Below, in pieces: positions 39,307-47,409 of a stretch of 64,000 bases of DNA (within the stretch, counting starts at the first letter, position 1; each line of letters opens with the position of its first letter). The DNA is from an uncultured Candidatus Saccharibacteria bacterium (GTDB lineage: Bacteria; Patescibacteriota; Minisyncoccia; Phycocordibacterales; UBA9973). The position numbers and the translations under genes were made by a program. The stretch is taken from positions 10,976 through 74,975 of the forward strand of contig CAYXTA010000004.1 in assembly GCA_964468315.1 (NCBI GenBank). The letters run 5' to 3'. Under the pieces are notes generated by a model. It did no database searches. It was not told the DNA's origin and worked only from the letters and a program-made list of their open reading frames with translations.

Positions 39307-39574
39307 ATCTATCGTTAAAGTCTCAGAAAATTGAGCTTTAAAACAAAATCCCTATTAATTGGTTTTGACCTTTTAATAAGGATACCTCTATATACTAGCA
39401 TAACCGGATTTAAAAGTCAATAGCTATACAACATTTTTCTTGTCTGTCAAACCAAAAATACCTTGTAAAATAAGGATATTTTAAGATACTACCATTGACA
39501 AATATAGCTAAAATATGGGTAATTTTGACTTGGGGATAACAAATTTGACACTTATTTGTTTAAATTAAATAAAA

Positions 39575-39603
39575 ACTTGCAAATTTTACAAGATATGCTA
39601 TAA
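39575..39603 (+). promoter_or_regulatory. Sigma-70-like promoter TTGCAA-N17-TATAAT upstream of the NUDIX gene.
   Basis: ttgcaaattttacaagatatgctataat, ~55 nt upstream of ATG 39658. Confidence 0.5.
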
Positions 39604-39657
39604 TTTATATCGAAATAAGGGTTATTTGTAATAAATTCATTTAAAAAACTAATAAAT

Positions 39658-40134
39658 ATGGAACTATCCAAAGATGTACGTCCCGCAGGAGTAATGATAT
39701 TTACTTTATATATGGGAAAATTTTTATTGATTCTACGTGACGATAAGCCAGAAATATCTTTTCCAAACTCTTGGTCCCCTGTTACAGGAGGAATAGAAGC
39801 AGAGGAAGATGTCTTTATGGCTGCCAAAAGAGAATTAATTGAAGAAATTGGAGTTATACCTGAAAATTTAAAAATTCTAGGTATATCTGCAAAAGGTAAC
39901 GGTTTTTTCTTTGCCACTTTAAGTGAAAAAGAGAAAAATTCTATCAAATTAGGTGAAGGCCAGAAATATGACTTTTTTACTTTTAAAGAATTAAGTAAAA
40001 TAGATATTAAGGGTGCATTTCATATTTATCTTGGTCGCTACAACGACATTTTTAAAAAGATGTCAAAAAACAATTATGAACCGAAGGGTAAAGATTTCGA
40101 ACTTGCTGTTTGGAATGGAAATGGTGTTCACTAA
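39658..40134 (+). CDS. Stand-alone NUDIX hydrolase.
   Basis: Intact Nudix box GGIEAEEDVFMAAKRELIEEIGV. Confidence 0.85.
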   Translation: MELSKDVRPAGVMIFTLYMGKFLLILRDDKPEISFPNSWSPVTGGIEAEEDVFMAAKRELIEEIGVIPENLKILGISAKGNGFFFATLSEKEKNSIKLGEGQKYDFFTFKELSKIDIKGAFHIYLGRYNDIFKKMSKNNYEPKGKDFELAVWNGNGVH

Positions 40135-40139
40135 AAACA

Positions 40140-40173
40140 AAAGAGCTGTATATAATACGGCTCTTTTTTATTT
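40140..40173 (+). terminator. Rho-independent terminator.
   Basis: Hairpin agagctgtatataatacggctct followed by tttttt. Confidence 0.7.
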
Positions 40174-40205
40174 GCAATACAGAAAAGAAATGCTACTGTA
40201 TATCT

Positions 40206-40907
40206 ATGAAAGCAATAATTTTAGCTGCTGGACTTGGAACCAGAATGAAACCACTTACGAATAAATTACCAAAACCAATGGTAAAGGTTTTAGATAAAAA
40301 TTTATTAGAATATAAACTAGAATCCTTACCAGAAAGTATTACTGAAATAATACTAGTTGTAGGTTATAAAGGAAATATAATAAAAAAATATTTTGGTAAT
40401 AATTATAAAAATAAAAAAATTACCTATGTTTTTGATAAAACAATATCAGGTACTGCTCATGCTCTATGGCAAGCAAAAGGTTTTCTAAAAGGGCGTTTTA
40501 TTGTAATGATGGGCGATGATATTTATAGTAGATCATCAATTTTAAAATGTTCTAAACATGACTGGAGTATTGTTTGTAAACCAGCTAAAAAAAGTGATGG
40601 ATATAATCGTGTAGTATTCGATAAAAACAAAAAAATAATAAACTTTGTGACTCCTGAAACTTTTTATAAAACAAATAAAAAAAATGGATTAATTTTTACA
40701 GGACTTTATTCAATGACAGATGAAATATTTAAATATAAACCAGTAAAATTAAAAACAAAAAATGAATGGGGTTTACCTCAAACATTATTAAAGACAAGCA
40801 AAAATAAAGATATAAAAATCATAAAAGATTCATTTTGGATATCTATTTCATCACCAAATGATATAGAAAATGCTAAATTACAATTAAGAAATAAAAGCTT
40901 TCTTTAA
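40206..40907 (+). CDS. Sugar-phosphate nucleotidyltransferase (NTP_transferase family). Start trimmed to ATG at 40206.
   Basis: MKAIILAAGLGTRMKPLTNKLPKPMVKV. Confidence 0.75.
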   Translation: MKAIILAAGLGTRMKPLTNKLPKPMVKVLDKNLLEYKLESLPESITEIILVVGYKGNIIKKYFGNNYKNKKITYVFDKTISGTAHALWQAKGFLKGRFIVMMGDDIYSRSSILKCSKHDWSIVCKPAKKSDGYNRVVFDKNKKIINFVTPETFYKTNKKNGLIFTGLYSMTDEIFKYKPVKLKTKNEWGLPQTLLKTSKNKDIKIIKDSFWISISSPNDIENAKLQLRNKSFL

Positions 40908-42116
40908 TTCTTCTAAATCATTGAAATGGTTTTTAACACCTTTTATTTCTTGATAAGTTTCATGGCCTTTACCTGCACATAAAATAATATCTCCTTTTTT
41001 AGCTAAAGAAACAGCTCTTTGTATTGCCTTTCTCCTGTCTGTTATATTTTCTGTTTTAGAAATATCAGACATAGATAAATCAGTCTTCATTTCATTTATT
41101 ATTTTTTCAGGATCTTCATTTCTAGGATTGTCAGAAGTTAAGATAGCAATATCAGACAATTGAGTTCCTATTTTACCCATTATTCTTCTTTTTAATGGAT
41201 CGCGATCACCTCCACAACCAAAGATGCTTATAAGTCTAGAATTAGAATCTTTTATTTCTAAAATCGCCGAAATAATTTTTTGAAGTGCATCAGGTGTATG
41301 AGCATAATCTACAACACAAAGAACTCCAGTATCTGATAAAAAATGATCAAATCTACCTCTTGGCGGTTCTATATTTTTTAAAATTTCTTTTACTTTTTGC
41401 ATGTCAAAACCAAGCAATTTACAAATACTTATAACTGAAATTAAATTATAAGCATTAAATTTACCCAAAAGATGTGTTTGGAACTTTTCTCCATTTACAT
41501 CCAAATCAATACCATGAAAATCGATTTTTTCTATATTTCCATGAAAATTCTCACTACCTAAAAATCCATAAGTATTTTTCTGTGCTTTTGTATCAGCTAA
41601 AATAATACACCCATGCTCATCGTCATTATTTGTAAGTGCAAAAGATTGAGCTGGTAAAAAATCAAAAAACTTTTTCTTTGCCAAAAAATAATTTTCAATA
41701 CTTTTATGATAATCCAAATGATCGTGCGTAAGATTAGTAAAAACTCCACCGACAAAATTAACTCCGGCAATTCTATTTTGATCTATAGCATGAGAAGAAA
41801 CTTCCATAAAAACATATTCACAACCTTTTTCTACCATTTTAGATAAAAGTCTATTTAATTGTATTGGGTCAGGAGTAGTATGTGTTGCTGGTATCACTTC
41901 ATCTATTATGATATTTTCAACTGTACCGATAAGCCCAACTTTATAACCTAGATTTTTAGCAACTTTAAAAAGAAGCGTAGCTGTGGTTGTTTTACCATTT
42001 GTGCCTGTAACACCAACGATCTTTAATTTAGACGAAGGATTACCATATAAATGCATTGCAGCAAAGGTCGCAATCATTCGTCTTTTTATTCTTAAGTTTT
42101 TTATCAGATTTTTCAT
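40884..42116 (-). CDS. murE: Mur ligase, MurE-like (UDP-MurNAc-tripeptide synthetase), lacking the usual N-terminal domain.
   Basis: VTGTNGKTTTATLL, DYAHTPDAL, GCGGDRDPLKRRIMG motifs. Confidence 0.65.
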   Translation of the reverse strand: MKNLIKNLRIKRRMIATFAAMHLYGNPSSKLKIVGVTGTNGKTTTATLLFKVAKNLGYKVGLIGTVENIIIDEVIPATHTTPDPIQLNRLLSKMVEKGCEYVFMEVSSHAIDQNRIAGVNFVGGVFTNLTHDHLDYHKSIENYFLAKKKFFDFLPAQSFALTNNDDEHGCIILADTKAQKNTYGFLGSENFHGNIEKIDFHGIDLDVNGEKFQTHLLGKFNAYNLISVISICKLLGFDMQKVKEILKNIEPPRGRFDHFLSDTGVLCVVDYAHTPDALQKIISAILEIKDSNSRLISIFGCGGDRDPLKRRIMGKIGTQLSDIAILTSDNPRNEDPEKIINEMKTDLSMSDISKTENITDRRKAIQRAVSLAKKGDIILCAGKGHETYQEIKGVKNHFNDLEELKKAFIS

Positions 42117-42144
42117 ATACTAGTTTTATTCTAGCATAGAGATA

Positions 42145-43371
42145 CTAAGATTGAGAATTTCTGACTTTGTATATAAATACAAGACCAGCAGACAAAACAA
42201 CTAGAGAAGAAATAACGATAGGAACATAAGAAGCCGTTACAGCAGCTATAGCTCCTGCGAGAAGTGGAGGAAGTGATTGGCCAAGAGAATTCACTGAAGC
42301 ATTTATACCGAGCACTTCCCCACGAACTTTTTCATCAGTTCTTTTTGTAAGAAATGCTGAGAAATTTGCTTGTTGTAAACCATTTGGTATAGAAGCAAGT
42401 GGAACTATTATCAAAAGCTGCCAAGGAACACTTGGTAGAAGGTAAAGTAAAATTCCTATTGCACTTGCTATATAAGCAGGACCAAGTAAATCTATTTCTT
42501 TAAATTTATTTGCCATTTTTCTAACAACAAAAACCTGTGTGATAATTATCCAAATACCAACATAAGCAAAGAAATTACCTATTTGTGCAGAAGAAAAAGA
42601 AAAAGTATTTGTAAGGTAGACATTGAAAAATGAAGTAAAAAATGAAAAACCTGCGTTAAAGAGAAAAGATACAAGGAAAAGCATTCTTATTTGTTCAAAT
42701 TTTTTCGTCTTTGCTATGTTTTTAAGAGATGCAAAAAAATCAATATGTCTTTCATTATCTTTTTCTTTAATACTTTCGCTAAAGAAATATTGAATAGAAA
42801 GCATATTTAGAAATGCTAAAATTCCTGAAAAGATAAATGGTGTTGATGCAGAGAAAGAAGAAAATACTGATGGACTAGAAAGTACGCCACCTAAAAATGG
42901 GCCGAAAATAAAACCGAGTCCAAATGCAGCACCTATCATACCGAAAACTTTTGTTCTATTTTCTGGAGTTGTACTGTCTGCAATAGCTGCTTGAGCAACT
43001 GAAATATTGCCTCCTGTTATTCCATCTATTATTCTTGAAACAAAAAGAAGTGGAATGTTTCTTGTGACGATAGCAAAAGCAAAAACAAAATATGAAATTG
43101 ACGTACCAAAAAGAGATGCTACGAGAACTGGTTTTCTACCATATTTATCAGACATCGCTCCGAGTACTGGAGAAGCAAAAAAAGTCGCAATTGGATAACT
43201 CGCGACAAGTAAACCAAGCAATAAAAATCCAAGCTTCGCTTGCGAAGGATCGAGTAGATAATACATAGATGTAGGCTCGCCAAGCAATTGAGGAATAACT
43301 GGTATCAAAATACCAATTCCCAACATATCGATAAAAATTGTGACAAACAAAAACCAAAGTTTCTTATTCAT
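42145..43371 (-). CDS. MFS transporter.
   Basis: 12 predicted TM helices. MSDKYGRK motif in loop 2-3. Confidence 0.85.
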   Translation of the reverse strand: MNKKLWFLFVTIFIDMLGIGILIPVIPQLLGEPTSMYYLLDPSQAKLGFLLLGLLVASYPIATFFASPVLGAMSDKYGRKPVLVASLFGTSISYFVFAFAIVTRNIPLLFVSRIIDGITGGNISVAQAAIADSTTPENRTKVFGMIGAAFGLGFIFGPFLGGVLSSPSVFSSFSASTPFIFSGILAFLNMLSIQYFFSESIKEKDNERHIDFFASLKNIAKTKKFEQIRMLFLVSFLFNAGFSFFTSFFNVYLTNTFSFSSAQIGNFFAYVGIWIIITQVFVVRKMANKFKEIDLLGPAYIASAIGILLYLLPSVPWQLLIIVPLASIPNGLQQANFSAFLTKRTDEKVRGEVLGINASVNSLGQSLPPLLAGAIAAVTASYVPIVISSLVVLSAGLVFIYKVRNSQS

Positions 43372-43400
43372 AGAATAACGATTATAACATAAAGATTTGG

Positions 43401-43435
43401 AAAATAAAAAAAGCCTGAATAAATTATCAGGCTTT
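43401..43435 (-). terminator. Rho-independent terminator on the minus strand.
   Basis: Hairpin aagcctgataatttattcaggctt followed by a T-run (minus sense). Confidence 0.55.
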
Positions 43436-43800
43436 TACTTGTTATTGATATCAGTACTGACTAGTTACATAATCAATAACAAAAATTACTTTGCATTAGG
43501 GTTACGAGAATAAAATTTCTATTTTTTAGGTATTATATCTACCCTCGCGAATTCACCACTTTCGTAGTTACTCAGGATACTTTACTTGTTAAGTTATGAA
43601 TCTTAAAAGGAATTGCCAATAACTTATTCTTTTAAATGTAAAGTCCTATAACCTTGATTCTACTGAGCAGAACCAATTTGCCCTATTCCGTTATACTGCA
43701 GTATGTGCGGAATCACTATTGTTTTTGTTTTTTCGCAAAGTGCAAAACCTAAAGTTAATAATATATAAATTAAAAAATATTGTCAATAAAGATAAAGATT

Positions 43801-46257
43801 TTACTTCCCATGACACTTCTTATACTTCTTCCCGCTTCCACAAGGACAAAGATCATTGCGACCGACTTCATTTGTATCAGAAAATTCTTTTACTTCAGAA
43901 TGATTTACCACCAAAGGCTCAGTTTTTTCAATTTCTATATTTCCAGCTTGTGCTTGCTCTGTTTGATTCATATTTTGAATAAGTGAAAATACTTGTTCTT
44001 TAAGAGAGACTTCCATTTCTTTAAACATTTTCAATCCTTCTTTTTTATATTCAATTATTGGCTCTCTTTGTCCATAAGCACGCAGATTTACAGATGATCT
44101 CAAATAATCCATAGCTTCTATGTGTTCCATCCAAAGTGCATCATTAACATACAAAATAATTCTTCTTGTAGTTTCTAAGAAATTAGCTTCACCTATTTGA
44201 TTTCTCTTTTCTTCAATAATTTTCTCAGCATCTTCCCTTTCTGTTATGATTTGTTCTAAGAATTTTTCTATTTCCTCTTTATCTGCTTTAAGCATTTTTT
44301 GTCTTCTTTCATATATAGAAGTACGTTGACGATTCATAACATCATCATATTCCAAAGTATTTTTTCTTGAATCAAAATGGAATCCTTCAATTTTTGCTTG
44401 AGCACCTTCGAGTGTTCTTGAAATAAATTTATTTTCAATTGGTTGATCTTCAGGTATACCAAAACGCCCCATCATTGTTTTAATTCTCTCCGCGCCGAAA
44501 ACGCGCATCAAATCATCTTCAAGCGATACAAAAAATTGTGTTTCTCCTGGGTCACCTTGTCTACCAGAACGTCCACGAAGCTGATTGTCGATACGTCTTG
44601 CTTCATGTCTTTCAGTACCGAGGACAAAAAGCCCACCGACATTTTTCACAGCTTCATACTCTTCTTTTATTTGAGGATTACCTCCAAGTTTGATGTCGAT
44701 ACCACGACCAGCCATGTTTGTAGCGATAATTACCGCACCCTTTTTACCAGCTTGTGCAATTATCTCTCCTTCTTTTTCATGATTCTTCGCATTAAGTATT
44801 GTGTGTTGTATTCCCTCTTGTTTTAAATAAATAGAAAGTAATTCATTTTTCTCTATAGAAATAGTACCAATGAGTACTGGTTGTCCTTTTTTATTTAACT
44901 CTTTTATTTTTTTGGCTATGGCTTGGAATTTTCCTTTTTCTGTTTGAAAAATAACATCACCATGATCAAGACGACTTACCTTACGATGAGTTGGAATAAC
45001 AATAACTTCCAAACCATAAACTTTGAAAAACTCCTCAGAAGAAGTCTCTGCTGTTCCTGTCATACCTGAAAGTTTTTTATAAAATCTAAAATAATTTTGG
45101 AATGTAATAGATCCAGAAGAACGAGTTTCTCTTTGTATTTTTACTCCTTCTTTCGCTTCAATAGCTTGGTGTATACCTTCACTCCAACGACGCCCTGGTT
45201 GAAGTCTACCTGTAAATGGATCAACAATAACTATTTCTCCGTCTTTCACAACATAATCTTTATCTTTTTCAAAGATAGCAATAGCTTTCACAGCTGTCTC
45301 TAAATGATGCACGTATTTTATTCCTTTTTCAGTATAAATATTTTGTATACCCAATTCATTTTCTGCTTTTGTAATTCCTTCATCTGTCAAAGAAATAGCT
45401 TTTAATTTTTCATCTACCTTAAAATCAATATCTCTTTTCATAATCTTTGCGATTTGTGTAAATTTCGTATAAAAATCACTAGAATCTTCTGAAGGAGAAG
45501 AAATAATAAGTGGTGTACGGGCTTCGTCTATTAAAATAGAATCCACTTCATCAACAACAGCAAAGAAGTGATCTCTTTGGACCATTTCATTTACTGATGT
45601 TGCTAGATTGTCTCTTAAATAATCGAAGCCGTATTCGTTATTTGTACCATATGTAATATCTGCATAATAAGCTTCGCGACGAGAACAAGGTTTCAAAAAT
45701 TCATATTGTATTTTGAATTCTGATATTTTTTTCTCTTCTTCAGTTTCTGTATGTTTTGGATCATATAAATAAGAAATGTTTTGTGAATTCACAACTCCAA
45801 TAGAAAGACCAAGTAAATTATAAACTTGTCCCATAAGTACAGCGTCACGACGAGCAAGATAATCGTTCACTGTAACAACATGTACACCCTTACCCATTAA
45901 TGCATTTAAATAAACAGGGAGTGTAGCAACTAGAGTTTTACCTTCACCTGTTTTCATTTCAGCTATTTTTCCACTATGTAATGCTATACCTCCTATAAGC
46001 TGAACATCATAATGTCTTTCATTCAAAATTCTTTTTGAAGCTTCACGCACCAACGCGAAAGCTTCCGGTAAAATATTATCCAAACTTTCCCCTTTATTTA
46101 ATCTTTCTTTAAAATCTGCTGTTTTCTTTGGGAAATCTTCACTTTGTAAATTCAAAAAGTTCTCTTCTAGGGAGTTGATTTTTAATACTGTTTTATTTGC
46201 TTCTTTTATAAATCTGGAACTTGCGTCACCAAAAATACTCTTTAAATTAAATGCCAT
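43801..46257 (-). CDS. secA: Preprotein translocase ATPase SecA, with a C-terminal zinc-binding tail.
   Basis: Helicase-like motifs. C-terminal CPCGSGKKYKKCHG. Confidence 0.95.
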   Translation of the reverse strand: MAFNLKSIFGDASSRFIKEANKTVLKINSLEENFLNLQSEDFPKKTADFKERLNKGESLDNILPEAFALVREASKRILNERHYDVQLIGGIALHSGKIAEMKTGEGKTLVATLPVYLNALMGKGVHVVTVNDYLARRDAVLMGQVYNLLGLSIGVVNSQNISYLYDPKHTETEEEKKISEFKIQYEFLKPCSRREAYYADITYGTNNEYGFDYLRDNLATSVNEMVQRDHFFAVVDEVDSILIDEARTPLIISSPSEDSSDFYTKFTQIAKIMKRDIDFKVDEKLKAISLTDEGITKAENELGIQNIYTEKGIKYVHHLETAVKAIAIFEKDKDYVVKDGEIVIVDPFTGRLQPGRRWSEGIHQAIEAKEGVKIQRETRSSGSITFQNYFRFYKKLSGMTGTAETSSEEFFKVYGLEVIVIPTHRKVSRLDHGDVIFQTEKGKFQAIAKKIKELNKKGQPVLIGTISIEKNELLSIYLKQEGIQHTILNAKNHEKEGEIIAQAGKKGAVIIATNMAGRGIDIKLGGNPQIKEEYEAVKNVGGLFVLGTERHEARRIDNQLRGRSGRQGDPGETQFFVSLEDDLMRVFGAERIKTMMGRFGIPEDQPIENKFISRTLEGAQAKIEGFHFDSRKNTLEYDDVMNRQRTSIYERRQKMLKADKEEIEKFLEQIITEREDAEKIIEEKRNQIGEANFLETTRRIILYVNDALWMEHIEAMDYLRSSVNLRAYGQREPIIEYKKEGLKMFKEMEVSLKEQVFSLIQNMNQTEQAQAGNIEIEKTEPLVVNHSEVKEFSDTNEVGRNDLCPCGSGKKYKKCHGK

Positions 46258-46331
46258 AAAATATATATTAGCACAAAAATGACAAAATCCCTCATGTCGA
46301 AACCTAAGGGATTTTGTGTTTAAGAGACTAT

Positions 46332-46409
46332 CTCTTTTTTGACTTCTTTGCGGCTTTCTTAGCCACTTTCTTCTTTGCTACTTTCTTTGCTTTCTTTTTT
46401 GCTGCCATT
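46332..46409 (-). CDS. Possible 25-aa Lys-rich micro-protein (MAAKKKAKKVAKKKVAKKAAKKSKKR).
   Basis: ATG to TAG ORF found by manual translation. Below the ORF-track cutoff. Confidence 0.2.
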
Positions 46410-46724
46410 TTATTATTCGCTTGCGCGATGTTAAAATTTTTAAACAAGTTTTGCAATAATAGCGACCTAAGAAAAATTTTTAAAAATAAATTTCAAAAAA
46501 AATTTCTTAAAAATAATTATTGCAAAGAACTAATATAATTATCGCTCATAAAAAATATTATGACAATACTTTTTTCACAAAACTGTGGATAACTTTTTTA
46601 TTTTTTGAAAAAATATTTTTAAAATTTTTTTTATTTTATTTTTTTGTAAAAAAAATATTTGTATTATGAAAATAATTTTTTATTTTTGTAAAAAATAAAA
46701 AAGGCAAAAAAAAATTGCTTTCAT

Positions 46725-46866
46725 TTGAAGCGGGTCATGGCGAACCTCCAACATATGTGCCTATGTGAGTGCGATGACCCGCTACAGATAAAAGCAATTC
46801 GTAACGTGAGTAGATTATAGCATAAAAATTTGCAACAAAAAAATCCCGCCGAAGCGAGATTTTTTG
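46725..46866 (+). ncRNA. Candidate small structured RNA (identity unknown) ending in a bidirectional intrinsic terminator.
   Basis: 9-bp stem gcgggtcat...atgacccgc. Long-range complementarity cctatgtgagtg/cactcacgg. Terminator atcccgccgaagcgagat followed by a T-run. AT-rich promoter-like repeats upstream. Confidence 0.3.
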
Positions 46867-46932
46867 GGCACCTATGTTGTTCATGAATAATGTAAGGTAA
46901 AACCTCACACTCACGGATATAGTATAGCATAC

Positions 46933-46961
46933 TTGAAATAAAAATGCAAGTGTTTTATACT
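46933..46961 (+). promoter_or_regulatory. Promoter TTGAAA-N17-TATACT for rnpB.
   Basis: ttgaaataaaaatgcaagtgttttatact, 7 nt upstream of the predicted P1 start. Confidence 0.55.
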
Positions 46962-46967
46962 ATATAT

Positions 46968-47304
46968 AGGTGTTAGGTAGTTGAGTTCACTTTTAGTGGA
47001 TTAGGAAAGTCCGAACACATACCAGTTTAGTCTGGAAAAGTAATGGGTAATACCCATATGTAGTAATACATAGGTGCGAACAGAGACGTCTTGATTTGAA
47101 AATTTCAAGATATCCTAAAGCAATTTAGGATAAGCTTTTATAGTAATATAGAAGTTGAAACGGCTAAATCCTTACTCGTGTGCAAGATCGTGTCCTGAGC
47201 GAAAGCGAAGGAAGAATCGCTTGAGCTTTAGAGTAATTTAAAGCCTAGATAAATAACTATCATTCCGCAAGGAAAACAAAATTCGGCTTATAGACACCTA
47301 AAAC
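46968..47304 (+). ncRNA. rnpB: RNase P RNA (bacterial type A).
   Basis: CR-I GGAAAGTCCGAACAC. CR-V ACAAAATTCGGCTTATAGACACC. 5'/3' P1 complementarity (gtgttaggt / acctaaaac). Dedicated promoter and terminator. Confidence 0.8.
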
Positions 47305-47312
47305 AAAATGAG

Positions 47313-47346
47313 AGTCCCGCCCCTTAAAAGGCGGGATTTTCTTTTG
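47313..47346 (+). terminator. Rho-independent terminator after rnpB.
   Basis: Hairpin tcccgccccttaaaaggcggga followed by ttttctttt. Confidence 0.75.
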
Positions 47347-47354
47347 CAAAAAAT

Positions 47355-47393
47355 ATAAATAAAAAAACCTGCAATGAAAATTGCAGGTTTTTA
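47355..47393. terminator. Bidirectional terminator; serves the minus-strand gene ending at 47410.
   Basis: Hairpin acctgcaatgaaaattgcaggt flanked by A- and T-runs. Confidence 0.65.
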
Positions 47394-47409
47394 ATCGAAA
47401 TATTTTCGA

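Noticed and set aside
43719-43986. Plus-strand ORFs 43719..43982 and 43780..43986 in the secA-MFS spacer
   Set aside because: They face opposite to all neighbouring genes, overlap the secA 3' end, and have low-complexity sequence with no start context. The region is more likely non-coding.
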